This document shows, in pieces, positions 48,084-59,047 of a DNA stretch of 64,000 nucleotides. A program made the translations under genes and the position numbers. How positions within the stretch are numbered: the stretch's first letter is position 1; each line of letters starts with the position of its first letter. The notes under the pieces were generated by a model. That model had not been told where the DNA came from, ran no database searches, and saw nothing but the letters and a program-made list of their open reading frames with translations. The stretch is from an uncultured virus (IMG/VR IMGVR_UViG_3300011871_000052) (Duplodnaviria > Heunggongvirae > Uroviricota > Caudoviricetes): IMG/VR virus record IMGVR_UViG_3300011871_000052; one strand, given 5' to 3'.

Positions 48084-48315
48084 GCGACTAACGCAACAAA
48101 ATGAGGTAATTTAATAAAAAATTTGCAATTTCATATATATTATATTTTTTATTACATTAGGTGCTTGGCCTTAATCGGAACTGCGATTATAACAGGATTT
48201 TTATGCAACTTACGAAGTAAGTTACATTTATATTATTTGTGATCGTTGCGGTTTAAATCAAGAGTATATCTAAAATTAAAAAAGACCGTCCTTGGTCTTT
48301 TTTAATAAATAAATA

Positions 48316-48924
48316 TTATTTCTTTTTATTTTTTATGACATATTGTTTTATTTTTTCATCTTTTATGCCATCTATATAAGCATCTAATATTTTTTGTTGA
48401 GCTTCTTTATCCATAAAGCTAGAGTTATTTCTTATTATCTGATAAGAAGATAATGCGGAATAATAAGGTTTATAATAGTTTTCTATAGATTTCTCTATTT
48501 TTTTAATTACATCTTCATCAGATTCAATATAATTAAGAGTATCAACACTTTTCATATCAAAAGAAAGCCCATTAGATTCTTTATTAAGTCCATCAAAAAC
48601 TCTATAGTTTATTTCGTATAACTCATCATCCTCATAATCTGAAAATTTTTCTATCGCAGATAAAAATGCTTCAACACATTTTCTTCTGACTTCTTTACCT
48701 GAAAGAATGACTTTCTCTCCTTCGGAAAGAGGGGAAAAAGATTTGTTCATTTCGGATATAAGATCTCTATACTTAATATAAAGATGGTCATTTTTATGAG
48801 TTTTTATAGTTTCTCTAAAGTCATTGTAATCAACAACTTTCTCAAATAATGAATGATGTATATTTAGTGGATTTACAGGCCCTACATAATCAATGATTTC
48901 TTGGATTGTTTTTAAATTTTTCAT
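48316..48924 (-). CDS. hypothetical protein
   Basis: 202-aa ORF with RBS. Confidence 0.7.
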   Translation of the reverse strand: MKNLKTIQEIIDYVGPVNPLNIHHSLFEKVVDYNDFRETIKTHKNDHLYIKYRDLISEMNKSFSPLSEGEKVILSGKEVRRKCVEAFLSAIEKFSDYEDDELYEINYRVFDGLNKESNGLSFDMKSVDTLNYIESDEDVIKKIEKSIENYYKPYYSALSSYQIIRNNSSFMDKEAQQKILDAYIDGIKDEKIKQYVIKNKKK

Positions 48925-49039
48925 ATTATCCTCTTTTTTATTTTCTATTATAGTTTTTAGTTCGTTTAATAGTCAAAGAAAAAGTTTACTTAAACTATAA
49001 AAAAGTGATAAAATTCAATAATTGAAATGGAGAGAAAAA

Positions 49040-49846
49040 ATGAAAACAGAAGTTAAAAAGATTAGACTATATTCAGAAATAGCAAAAGATGATGTATTAA
49101 AGCTGAAGTCAGATCACAAAAAAATACTTAAAAAAGCTTTTGAGAATAACCTTATTTCTGGATCTGGAATGAGACATTACTTTTCTCATGATTCGATAGT
49201 CGATCCATATAATATAAAATATATTAATGATCTTATCAATTTCGGAATGCTATCTGTCAGAGATGAGGAAAAGAAATATTACAGTCCTATGTTAGATGAA
49301 AGAGAACGTGTTGTTGTATGTAAATGTCCTTATCTAACAGAATATGGCGTTGAAATATGTCGTATTTTAAACTTAGGGGCAAGGAAAAATCAATCAGGTC
49401 ATAACCGCATTCTTGCTGACTTAATAACAGCAAAAGAAGATGAAGACTTGCTTGTTGTGGGAGATATGGAGATACAAACCAAATATGGTATAAGCCGTCC
49501 AGATGTTCTGACAATGAAGAAAACATTAAATACAAAATATATGTGTCCTACAGCATTTGAAGTAAAACATAGCCGTTCAGATTTCCTTTCAGATATAAAG
49601 AATGAGAATAAAAGGAAGTCTTATTTAGAAATAGCTGATAAATTATATTATGTATGTCCTGAAAACCTAATAAAAAAAGAAGAAATGCCAGAAGGGTGTG
49701 GTTTAATTTATCAAATGAAAAATGGAAAGTTTAAAATTGTTAAAAGTGCTAAAAACCACAAGGTTGAAATAAATGTAAATCTTATGATGAAGTTCTTATT
49801 AAGGTTAAATGATGTGAATAATAGTATTTTAATAAAAGCCTATTAA
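49040..49846 (+). CDS. MmcB-like PD-(D/E)XK protein, paralog of 43623-44534
   Basis: KNQSGHN, DMEI.T.YG.SRPDV, FEVKHSRSDFLSD. Confidence 0.75.
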   Translation: MKTEVKKIRLYSEIAKDDVLKLKSDHKKILKKAFENNLISGSGMRHYFSHDSIVDPYNIKYINDLINFGMLSVRDEEKKYYSPMLDERERVVVCKCPYLTEYGVEICRILNLGARKNQSGHNRILADLITAKEDEDLLVVGDMEIQTKYGISRPDVLTMKKTLNTKYMCPTAFEVKHSRSDFLSDIKNENKRKSYLEIADKLYYVCPENLIKKEEMPEGCGLIYQMKNGKFKIVKSAKNHKVEINVNLMMKFLLRLNDVNNSILIKAY

Positions 49847-49888
49847 AAGTATAAAAAGCCATCCGTTGATGGCTTTTTTATTTATTCT

Positions 49889-50323
49889 TTAAAACTCAAA
49901 AGGTGACCAGATTTTTTTTAGTGTTCTAATATGTGGTTCAAGATATTTAATAAAATCAGGAATATCTTTTTCTCCAAAATTAACAATATAAATAGGTTTG
50001 AAAATACCTTTTCTTTGCTGAATCATAAAAAGATTTAGATAATAATGACCATGTTCTTCAATATCCTCTCTAATATCTTTCATTTCTTCTTCTGAATAAT
50101 GAATATCAGCATCATTTTTGTTATCGTTAGGATCTCGTGATGACAAATCCCATCTGAAACAAAGATTCATATCAACATCAGCATCACTAAACTCTGCCAT
50201 AAAAGAAGGGAAATCAGGAAATTCCATTGCCGGGTCATTAGAGTAATAATTACTTTCACTACAGTAATAAGGATGATTCTGGCTCGCCTGATGAAGTTCT
50301 TTAATAGTAATATTTTTATTCAT
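49889..50323 (-). CDS. hypothetical phage-type protein
   Basis: HPYYCSE.NYY, DMNLCFRWD, QRKG. Confidence 0.7.
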   Translation of the reverse strand: MNKNITIKELHQASQNHPYYCSESNYYSNDPAMEFPDFPSFMAEFSDADVDMNLCFRWDLSSRDPNDNKNDADIHYSEEEMKDIREDIEEHGHYYLNLFMIQQRKGIFKPIYIVNFGEKDIPDFIKYLEPHIRTLKKIWSPFEF

Positions 50324-50378
50324 GTTATTCCTCATTTTTTAAAATAAAGTATCTAAAGTATAGTATTTTTAGCAAAAT

Positions 50379-50702
50379 TTAAACATACATATATAGACCA
50401 TCGTATTCACTGAAGCATACACCAGCTTTAGCAAGACTAATAATTTCTTCTTTGGTAATAGTTTCTGCGATATTATCAATATCAATACTTAAGTAAATCA
50501 CATCATGCTCAGCAGACTGAATAATATCTCCTGTTTTGTTTTCTTGAGAATCCATACGTTCAAAAATTTTATCTAAAAGTAAGAAGGCATGAAGATCTTC
50601 TCGTTTATGAAGTTTTTCAGATTCAGGCATATTCTTAAAATCATCAAGGCTACAATTTTCACTATAATCATTATAAATATCAATCATTTCATCTAAAGTC
50701 AT
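50379..50702 (-). CDS. hypothetical phage-type protein
   Basis: DLHAFLLLD, SAEHDVIYL. Confidence 0.7.
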   Translation of the reverse strand: MTLDEMIDIYNDYSENCSLDDFKNMPESEKLHKREDLHAFLLLDKIFERMDSQENKTGDIIQSAEHDVIYLSIDIDNIAETITKEEIISLAKAGVCFSEYDGLYMYV

Positions 50703-50729
50703 TTATTTATCCTCTTTTATTTAAATAGA

Positions 50730-51572
50730 TTAACCAAAACGTTTAGTGTCAAATTCCATAGGTTCACCATCAAAATCAATATAAAGATGTTCTGGACGTT
50801 TATATTCACCATACGGACTACCAACAGCAGTAATAACATTTTCAAGAAGACTTAAAACTTCTTCTTTAGCTTTAGGAGGTAAATATTGATTCATTGAAAG
50901 AGCTAAATACATATCACGCTCATAGTGAAGATAATTATTTTTAACTGAATAATCTGCACCTCTGGCAATCAGATAGACAACAACAATCCAACTATGCGCA
51001 TGACAGGATAAAAGGAAGGCCGTTTCACCTGATTTTCCTTGAGGTTTATTCAAATCAAAGCCTTTATCCAGTAATGCATCAATAACAGCTTGTGCTTTAG
51101 CCGCTGACAAGTCACCTCGTGGGTCAAAATGCTGAAGACTTCTTAATAACTGACCTAAAGCATCATATTTACCATAAGTGGTATGTTGAAGATTAAGAGC
51201 AGGGTTATCTAAAATCATAAGAGCAGTATCAAAGTTCACATCTGTTTTGTTATCAATAGCAGACATGAAAGCATTATAACCATATGTATTAGTTGTATTA
51301 ACATCAGCCTTAAATTCATTAATAAGGAGTTCACAAACCTCTTTGCGTCCTAAACGGGCAGCAAAAAGAAGAGCTGTTTCTTCTTTATAGTTAGGATCAT
51401 CAAGCTGGCGAGATTCATCACAAAGTTGATAAAGTTCTTTGGTAAAAGCATGAGGTTCTTTTTCTGGATTTTTAAACACAGTATTTACCAATAAAGGCTC
51501 ATTGGTTAAGATGTTCTTAATTTGCTCGATATCATTTTTATAAATAGCAGCAAAGAGGTTAACTAAAGTCAT
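50730..51572 (-). CDS. ankyrin-repeat protein
   Basis: TALLFAARLG..EVCELLI...ADVN; GETAFLL...YLIARGAD. Confidence 0.8.
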   Translation of the reverse strand: MTLVNLFAAIYKNDIEQIKNILTNEPLLVNTVFKNPEKEPHAFTKELYQLCDESRQLDDPNYKEETALLFAARLGRKEVCELLINEFKADVNTTNTYGYNAFMSAIDNKTDVNFDTALMILDNPALNLQHTTYGKYDALGQLLRSLQHFDPRGDLSAAKAQAVIDALLDKGFDLNKPQGKSGETAFLLSCHAHSWIVVVYLIARGADYSVKNNYLHYERDMYLALSMNQYLPPKAKEEVLSLLENVITAVGSPYGEYKRPEHLYIDFDGEPMEFDTKRFG

Positions 51573-51709
51573 AGTTGTATCCTTATCTTTTAAAGTAGCT
51601 TATTCTAACATTAAAACGTGTAATTTACTAGAAATAAAATTGCTATCTGACTTTATTTTTGGTCATAATGCGTTATACTTTTTAAATAAAAATAATATAG
51701 GAGAATTAA

Positions 51710-52495
51710 ATGAAAAATGCTTATCAAAATATATCAGATATGAATACTGCTTTTGGTAATATTAAGGGGCTTGCTTTAGAAGAAACAGCAATAAAAGATG
51801 CTAAAATCATATCCGATAAGGGTGTCAGTCGTCTTGTTGCCCAAGCAAGGAATCTTTATGATGAACTTGATGAACTAAGAGATGATGGTTTTACAGTCTT
51901 AAGAAAAGATCCTAAGAGCACATCTGGACGTAAAGAAATGTTTGATGCTATAGCAGACCTAATTGTATTTTTATATGGAGTGGGTCATTTTGTTGATATT
52001 CCAATTAATAAAAAACATGATTGGTATACAAAACGTTTAGCTGAAGAATTCAAAAATTATAGTTATACTGTTTTTTATGAAAAGATATATGAAGAAATCA
52101 AATCAATGATAGATGAACTTATAGCAGCAATAGAACATAAAGATGTAGAACTTATTGACCTATTCATGCATAGATTAAACTCTAAAATAACAGCTTTATG
52201 TTTATCTGAAGCAAAACCCGGATATGATCTTGATCTGCTTATAGATAGAGTTACAGAAAGCAATATGAGCAAATTATGTCGTAACGATGAAGAGCTTGAA
52301 GCAACCCTTAAGTTCTATAGAGATAAGGGTGTAGAAGTTTACAGCAAAGAGTCGCCACTTGTTCAAGAAAGTGGAAAACCATATCTTGTGGTATATTCAG
52401 CTAAAGAGCAAACTGATGCTGATGGAAAAGTATATAGAGCAGATAAGTTCCTTAAAAACATTAACTGGTTTGAACCTGATATTACTGATTTCTAA
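51710..52495 (+). CDS. MazG-like all-alpha NTP pyrophosphohydrolase
   Basis: DELDEL, DAIADLIVFLYG, V.ESNMSKLC, KFLK. Confidence 0.7.
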   Translation: MKNAYQNISDMNTAFGNIKGLALEETAIKDAKIISDKGVSRLVAQARNLYDELDELRDDGFTVLRKDPKSTSGRKEMFDAIADLIVFLYGVGHFVDIPINKKHDWYTKRLAEEFKNYSYTVFYEKIYEEIKSMIDELIAAIEHKDVELIDLFMHRLNSKITALCLSEAKPGYDLDLLIDRVTESNMSKLCRNDEELEATLKFYRDKGVEVYSKESPLVQESGKPYLVVYSAKEQTDADGKVYRADKFLKNINWFEPDITDF

Positions 52496-52592
52496 TAATA
52501 AAACCTTAAATAGTAAAATAGCCTCTGCGAGGCTATTTTTTTTATTTAAAATATCGGTTATAATTTAAAATATAAGAAATCAGGAGTGAGAA

Positions 52593-53123
52593 ATGGAAAA
52601 GAGATATTTAGTAGAAAGAAAAGAACTTTATGAAAATCCAATATTTGATATGGAAACCGCCGATAGATATGAAGCATTGTGTAGAATAGGAAAAATATTC
52701 TCTAAATTAAATAATGATGAATCTGCTGTATTAAGTGAATTTATAGATGGAGTTCTACAAGAAGATAATACATTAAGATTCTTTAAAATGGATGGGATAA
52801 AAATAATTCACGATGAAATAAAAAAAGAAAAAAATAATGATTTAGTATTCATAGTAACTGAATCACAAAAAGATGAACCAGCAAGTATGAAAAAAATATT
52901 AGTAACAACGGATAGAGAAAAAGCATTTAATACAGCAAAAGAAGCAATGTTAAAAGATGATCCATATCATGAAGAAATGGTAGGTATACAAGTTGTAAAA
53001 AATATTGAAAATCTTGATGGTATAAATATTGCTGTTTCTAATAAGCAAGGTTTAAGTAATTTTGCCTATAAGTATGGTGTAACATTAGATGAGCCTGTTC
53101 AAAGAGCTAAAAATAAAATGTAA
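52593..53123 (+). CDS. hypothetical protein
   Basis: AGGAG RBS, basic C-terminal tail. Confidence 0.7.
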   Translation: MEKRYLVERKELYENPIFDMETADRYEALCRIGKIFSKLNNDESAVLSEFIDGVLQEDNTLRFFKMDGIKIIHDEIKKEKNNDLVFIVTESQKDEPASMKKILVTTDREKAFNTAKEAMLKDDPYHEEMVGIQVVKNIENLDGINIAVSNKQGLSNFAYKYGVTLDEPVQRAKNKM

Positions 53124-53149
53124 AAATAAATAAGCCACTTGTCAGTGGC

Positions 53150-54064
53150 TTATTCTTTAATGGGGAGATCTAAAATATCTTTATCAGATTCAAATAAAAA
53201 CAATACTTCTGATTTTAATAATCCGACTTCAACGGTTTTTTTAACTATCCAAGCATTTATTTCATAATCAATAATAACCGGATATCTAAAATTACATTCA
53301 AAACAATCAGAATCTTTATTGATAAAATAATAAGATTGAGACATTTCTCCACTATCTTTTACATCAAATAAAGCAACAGAATGATATTTAGAAGGATCAT
53401 CTTTAATATTATTAACGACATTATAATAATTAGTTAAATAATATAAATCATCTTCACTTTTAAAAATATTAGCAGGTTGTTTCTTAAAATGTTCTACATA
53501 ATCTTTAGAAGAATGAAAAATGAGATCTGGAACATCCATTAAATATTTTTCACCGACCTTATAATAACGAATATTATCTAAAACAACAGGATCTTCTAAT
53601 GCTTCAATACACTCATTTTTTTCTCTATTATTTTGAAATAAATGTAGCTCACCATTTTTAAAAATAACAAGAGAACCTTTATTCTTACCCAACTGCTCAT
53701 CTGTAAAAATATATTCTTTATTTAAAGTAATATCTTTTAATCCAGATATAGTTTCGTGAGGTTGAAAGCTTTCAATAGCATCTTTATCAAACAAATAAAT
53801 ATTAATAATTTGTTTACCTTCTTTGCTTTTTATTTGCTTATTCATATAAATAATGATGTTTTTCCAATCAGGATACATTAACAAAGCTATTTTCTTTTCA
53901 AAATCAGAAAATAAAGAAATCTGAACATCTTCATTTAAACCATAACTACGATGGTTTTTATCAGGGAAAAGCTCACTGAAAACTTGAGCTTCTCGAATAA
54001 AGTAATGAGAAGGAACTTCCACTGTTTTAAATGGTTTATGCTTTGCTGTATTTGATTTAATCAT
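53150..54064 (-). CDS. hypothetical protein
   Basis: 304-aa ORF. Confidence 0.7.
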   Translation of the reverse strand: MIKSNTAKHKPFKTVEVPSHYFIREAQVFSELFPDKNHRSYGLNEDVQISLFSDFEKKIALLMYPDWKNIIIYMNKQIKSKEGKQIINIYLFDKDAIESFQPHETISGLKDITLNKEYIFTDEQLGKNKGSLVIFKNGELHLFQNNREKNECIEALEDPVVLDNIRYYKVGEKYLMDVPDLIFHSSKDYVEHFKKQPANIFKSEDDLYYLTNYYNVVNNIKDDPSKYHSVALFDVKDSGEMSQSYYFINKDSDCFECNFRYPVIIDYEINAWIVKKTVEVGLLKSEVLFLFESDKDILDLPIKE

Positions 54065-54076
54065 ACAATCCTCTGA

Positions 54077-54757
54077 TTAATTATAGTTTACATGACTCAT
54101 GCTTTCTACATGAGATTTTTCTCTATAATATTCAATTTTTCTTATGTCCGAAATAAGAAGTTCATTATTATCGATAATACTCATATATTCAAACTTTAAC
54201 GTAGCTGAAATATCTAAATTATTAATAGAGTCTCGTAGTTTAGCTTTTTGCGTTTCATTAAGCTTTTGATTAAGCGTTTTCTCTTTAAAAGAATATTGCT
54301 CATCAACATATTTATTAAAGAAATCTTTAGTAGATTTTTCTACAACAAAACGATCTCTATTCCTATCGACAATCCTTCCAAGAAAATGCTGAATAAAAAA
54401 GAACCCAATAAAGGTTAATAAAAATATAGACCAATATGNNNNNNNNNNCATTAAAATAAACGGAGCAATAAGTCTATAGAGGAAAGGCTGAGTATATTGA
54501 AAATAAGGAGAATTCGCCTTTTTATTAGCTAAGTAAATATTTTTTGTTAGCCATAATCCCTTTTTATTTTTGATCAGAGGAGTATTATTGTAAGCAAGAT
54601 ATACTTCATCCCCAATAGAACAAGTTCCTATTTTTTCATTATCAAAAATAATAGTATGTCGTTTACCATTCTCTTCTTGAATAGTATATATTTCTTTTTT
54701 ATCGTTTACTTTATCAATAGAGATAAGTTTTCCACGCAGAGTTTTTCTAAAAATCAT
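54077..54757 (-). CDS. two-TM membrane protein (spans short N gap)
   Basis: N-terminal beta-rich region then two hydrophobic segments. Confidence 0.65.
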   Translation of the reverse strand: MIFRKTLRGKLISIDKVNDKKEIYTIQEENGKRHTIIFDNEKIGTCSIGDEVYLAYNNTPLIKNKKGLWLTKNIYLANKKANSPYFQYTQPFLYRLIAPFILMXXXXYWSIFLLTFIGFFFIQHFLGRIVDRNRDRFVVEKSTKDFFNKYVDEQYSFKEKTLNQKLNETQKAKLRDSINNLDISATLKFEYMSIIDNNELLISDIRKIEYYREKSHVESMSHVNYN

Positions 54758-54852
54758 ATAAGGTGCCTTTTTAACATTAAAAATATAGTAGAAAAGATAT
54801 CATAAATTTAATACTATAGTCAAAAATAGATAGTGGGGGTTACCCACTATAT

Positions 54853-55683
54853 TTAAGGATTGATTTCAATAAAACTTCTTTCAGGATTATCATCGACAGA
54901 AATATGATAGTCCTTCGGATTAGAAAATATTCTGGTTGTTCCCATATGATAATCAAAAGGGTAATGAACATGACCATGAATCCACATCAAAATATTAGGA
55001 TTTTTTATTATAAAATCATCCAGATTAGAAGTATAAAATTGTGTATATTGTGATTTAGGATCATCAACGGGATCTGTAGTAATACTTGTTGGAGCATGGT
55101 GTGAAACAACAACAACAGGCTCTAAAGAGTTATAAACTTCATTCTTTATCCAAGTAAAATCTTCTACATGTTCTTTAACCCAATGATTAGTTCTAAATTT
55201 ACTAAAATAAGGGCCATCATTATATTTTATATACTTAAAATCGCCAGTGGTATCTTCGTAAAAATGATACAGTTTAGGCTCATGATTAAAATCAGTCCAC
55301 AATGTAGCTCCTACAAACTTAACCCCGTCAATTACAATAGATGGAGTGTATCTTGACAGGATATGAAGATTTTTAATATGAGACAACATTTCAACAATTT
55401 TGAGAATGTAGTTTTTTCCCAGCTTATACATGTAAAATTCATGATTACCAAAAACATAAATAACATGCTTAAAACGGTTCGCCAGTTCTTCAAGATATTG
55501 AACATAACGAATATCTTTAAGGTCTTTTAGATAAATCAAATCTCCAGCAATAACCAGAGTTTGCTGTTTTTCATCTTTATAAACAGCCATGTGGAATGGT
55601 TCTTTGAAGAACTTAGCAGGCTCTTTATTTGTTGTTTGATATTCTTGGTGTATATCAGAATATACACGAATGTTGCATGTCAT
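54853..55683 (-). CDS. calcineurin-like metallophosphoesterase
   Basis: SDIH, AGD, GNHE, GATLWT, SHHAP, HGHVH. Confidence 0.9.
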   Translation of the reverse strand: MTCNIRVYSDIHQEYQTTNKEPAKFFKEPFHMAVYKDEKQQTLVIAGDLIYLKDLKDIRYVQYLEELANRFKHVIYVFGNHEFYMYKLGKNYILKIVEMLSHIKNLHILSRYTPSIVIDGVKFVGATLWTDFNHEPKLYHFYEDTTGDFKYIKYNDGPYFSKFRTNHWVKEHVEDFTWIKNEVYNSLEPVVVVSHHAPTSITTDPVDDPKSQYTQFYTSNLDDFIIKNPNILMWIHGHVHYPFDYHMGTTRIFSNPKDYHISVDDNPERSFIEINP

Positions 55684-55814
55684 TGTACATAATCCTTATT
55701 AAAGTTTATAAAAAGATTATATAGAAATATTGAGTCTAAATAAAGAAAAAAGTTGTAACTCTAAGAAAAGTTTGTTATATTAAAGACCTTAACACATAAA
55801 GCCGAGGATATAAT

Positions 55815-55997
55815 ATGAGTAATTTTAAAGTAGTAACTGGGAAAGAAATGGCTTATCGTGTTTGGGATAAGTTGATGGGTGAGTATGATAATAGCATTGT
55901 GGTAAATTCAGAAGGTTCGTTGATTAAACATAATGATGAAATGAATGGTGCTATTGTTGATAATGTTCAGCGATACGAAATTCATAAATTTGAGTAA
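55815..55997 (+). CDS. small hypothetical protein
   Basis: GAGGA RBS, terminator. Confidence 0.65.
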   Translation: MSNFKVVTGKEMAYRVWDKLMGEYDNSIVVNSEGSLIKHNDEMNGAIVDNVQRYEIHKFE

Positions 55998-56026
55998 AAA
56001 AAGAAAAGCACCTCACGGTGCTTTTT

Positions 56027-56245
56027 TTATGCTTTTTCTAAATGAGATCTTTGCTCTTGAGCTTGGTTAGATTTCTTTAACTCTTTTACAACTTCATCTA
56101 ACTTCTCATTTTGTATCTTGAGTTGTTTTAGAATCTCTTTCTGAACATTTTGCTCTTGTGGTGATAATGTTACTGGAGATGCTGCATAAGCAGTTGTTGA
56201 TAAAAGTAAGGTACCTAATATAACGCTAACAATTGTTTTTCTCAT
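56027..56245 (-). CDS. small exported protein
   Basis: signal peptide ending AYA. Confidence 0.7.
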   Translation of the reverse strand: MRKTIVSVILGTLLLSTTAYAASPVTLSPQEQNVQKEILKQLKIQNEKLDEVVKELKKSNQAQEQRSHLEKA

Positions 56246-56321
56246 AATATATTCCTCAAATAATAATCATAAATAGAATAAATATTATACTTAAAGGAAT
56301 ATAAATAATTCAATTAAATAG

Positions 56322-56925
56322 TTATCTGATTATCAAATCCCTACCATGAGTATATTTTGTATGAGGGTAAACAGGTTTAGCATTATACCATTTATTAGTA
56401 TTAAATGAGTTTTTTATCATTTCAAGATAGCTAGTTGCTGCTAAATCTCTTGTCTGATCAATAATTTTTTGTTTCTCAACATCTGAAACTTGATAAACTT
56501 GAGAAACCATTATTTTTCTATCAGCATTTAACATCTGATTAAGGAATACACATTGATAAAATGAAAGGCGTTGTTCAGAAGACTGNNNNNNNNNNNNNNN
56601 NNNNNNNNNNNNNNNNNNNNNNNNNNNNNNNNNNNNNNNNNNNNNNNNNNNNNNNNNNNNNNNNNNNNNNNNNNNNNNNNNNNNNNNNNNNNNNNNNNNN
56701 NNNNNNNNNNNNNNNNNNNNNNNNNNNNNNNNNNNNNNNNNNNNNNNNNTGTTCAGGGAATAAAGCAATATAAGCAGGGACTGCTGTATCACCAAAATGT
56801 TCTCCTGCTTTATTTATTTTTTGTTGAGATTTAACTGGAAGGTCTCCATTATTTGCAGTATTATTTCCTGCACATCCCGTAATTCCTATACTGATCAAAG
56901 CTATTGCGATAATACTTTTATTCAT
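56322..56925 (-). CDS. lipoprotein (probably one gene split by N gap)
   Basis: lipobox ITGC; open frame resumes after the gap. Confidence 0.55.
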
Positions 56926-57023
56926 AATCTTATTCCTTTTATATCGATTCATAAAGGAATATATACCTAATTTTTACGATTTTGGCAAATGAAAAAGGCG
57001 CTTAAGCGCCTTTTTTAAGATTG

Positions 57024-57704
57024 TTACCGATATCTACGGGGTTTTAGAAGGTCTTGTTTATATTTTTCACCGATAGGCCCAAAATAATGAGAAGCATGAT
57101 CGCCGCCAGCACCATCATATCCTTCATTTTCACGATTATATTCACTATTATAGAAGAATACACCGCCCGTACCTCTGGTCCATTCTACTTTAGCAAATAC
57201 CTTTTTAAAGGTTTTACCAAGAATATTAATCCAAGCCTGATCTACTGAATGGTTGTTTTCTTCAACACGCCAATTAAACTCTTTGGTATCAGGAGAAAAA
57301 GTAACGTAAGCTGCTGAATCACTGTATTCATTTTCAGATAATGATACATGCTTAAAAGATTTTTTAGTTGGTTTTACAATAGTCGTTTTTGTTTTACCAT
57401 CAATAGTCTTTGTAGAAACTAAAGATTGAAAAATTTTATCGTAAGTTGTTTCATCTTCGTTTTTAAGTCTTTGCTGCAGAAAATCATGAGCAATACAATA
57501 TGCTGGGTTTCTAGAACCCTTATGAAGATCTTTATTTTTCTTAGTTTTAGCAACATATTCTTTCATAGGTTCATAAAGTGCTACCGCTTTATTAAAACTT
57601 GTATCAAGCCAAGCATTATAAGATTCAGCAAACGCTCGACGAACACGAGAGAATTCTTTTGTAGATAGTTTGATTGTACCGTATTCATATTCATAGCAAG
57701 ACAT
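57024..57704 (-). CDS. hypothetical protein
   Basis: 226-aa ORF, W.V.ENNH and WTRGTGG motifs. Confidence 0.75.
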   Translation of the reverse strand: MSCYEYEYGTIKLSTKEFSRVRRAFAESYNAWLDTSFNKAVALYEPMKEYVAKTKKNKDLHKGSRNPAYCIAHDFLQQRLKNEDETTYDKIFQSLVSTKTIDGKTKTTIVKPTKKSFKHVSLSENEYSDSAAYVTFSPDTKEFNWRVEENNHSVDQAWINILGKTFKKVFAKVEWTRGTGGVFFYNSEYNRENEGYDGAGGDHASHYFGPIGEKYKQDLLKPRRYR

Positions 57705-57837
57705 ATCATTTCTCCAAGAAGGTAATCACATTTGATGAAAAGATTATAACATTTAGCCTTTTCTAACTCTAGCTTTTTTTGTATTTTTATACATAAAAAT
57801 AAATTGACTTATAAAAAGAATAGTTATATTATATGTG

Positions 57838-57964
57838 AGTATAACTTGCTAATCTCCGTAATAGCATAGTAATACAATATAGACTCCTGTTTAGTAGTTG
57901 TTATAGTTATTAGTTATTTAGTTTTTGTGTAAGTTTAAAGCCTCCTTCGGGAGGCTTAGTTTTT
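57838..57964 (+). ncRNA. candidate small RNA
   Basis: promoter TTGACT-17-TATTAT (57804-57832), no ORF on this strand, hairpin AAGCCTCC-TTCG-GGAGGCTT. Confidence 0.45.
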
Positions 57965-58054
57965 GCATAAACAAATACAATAATTTCAAAAAATCTAGAC
58001 ATGATAGTTCCTTATTGCTATAATAAGAATATCAAATGTAAAAGAGGATTTAAC

Positions 58055-59047
58055 ATGAAATATTTAGGTTTCAAAACAGAGCAAGAGTTGCTAATTGTTA
58101 GAGGTCATCCCGGCAGTGGAAAAACAAAATTATCTAATGAATATGAATTAAACGGATATCAATCATTTGAAAATGATGCTTACTTTACAGATAGCAATGG
58201 TATATATAAGTTTGATTTAGCTAACCATCAAAAAGCAAAAGATGTATGTCTACAAAAAACTAAAAAAGCCTTAGATAAAGGGTTTAATGTCGTTGTAAGT
58301 AATACTTTTACTAAACTTTCGGAAATGGAACCTTTTATTAGTTATGCTAAAGAAAAAGGGATTCCTGTAAGAGTGATTGAAATGGAATTGAATTTTGAAA
58401 ATGTTCACTCAGTTCCAGAACAAGTAGTTATAGATAAAAAGAATCAGTTTGAACCATTTGAAGGAGCAATAAGAGTCAATAATCCATGTTATAGAGTTGT
58501 TCCTGATGAAGATGTTGAAATTTTCCAATATCAATCTGATGTATCTTCTTATGATGGTACAGAAGAACTTCCAAAATATCATGTAGCAGATACATTAGGT
58601 AAGTTAAAAAAAGTTTTAAATCACATGAATGAACATATTCTTGATTTTCAAAAAACAGCGATGCATGAAGATAAGTTGCATTTATTAGAATCAGATAAGG
58701 AAGATTACAAAAATTTAAAACAAGTATCTGATCTATTATCTGATGGTTATGTTGATGAAGCTCTAAAGAAAATAAAAAAACTTGATACCTATGTAAAAGA
58801 TGTTATTCCTTCTGATTTGGTTATCCTTTTAGGAGGTAATGTTTTTGATGAAAAACAAAACTCATCTCGTTTCAATGATATGAGTAACAAAGAGATAAAA
58901 GAAAGTTTTACAAATATATTAAAAGCGTATAAAGAAAACCCTGAGAAAGGGAAAGAATTGGATGCTGATTTTACTACTAAGTTTTTTGTCGATGCTGAGA
59001 TGATGCTAAAATTTGAAGACACAAGAAAAAGAAGATTAGGTTATTAA
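58055..59047 (+). CDS. P-loop kinase (AAA_33 / polynucleotide-kinase-like N-terminus) with unknown C-terminal domain
   Basis: IVRGHPGSGKT, END.YF, VVVSNTF, NVHSVP. Confidence 0.8.
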   Translation: MKYLGFKTEQELLIVRGHPGSGKTKLSNEYELNGYQSFENDAYFTDSNGIYKFDLANHQKAKDVCLQKTKKALDKGFNVVVSNTFTKLSEMEPFISYAKEKGIPVRVIEMELNFENVHSVPEQVVIDKKNQFEPFEGAIRVNNPCYRVVPDEDVEIFQYQSDVSSYDGTEELPKYHVADTLGKLKKVLNHMNEHILDFQKTAMHEDKLHLLESDKEDYKNLKQVSDLLSDGYVDEALKKIKKLDTYVKDVIPSDLVILLGGNVFDEKQNSSRFNDMSNKEIKESFTNILKAYKENPEKGKELDADFTTKFFVDAEMMLKFEDTRKRRLGY

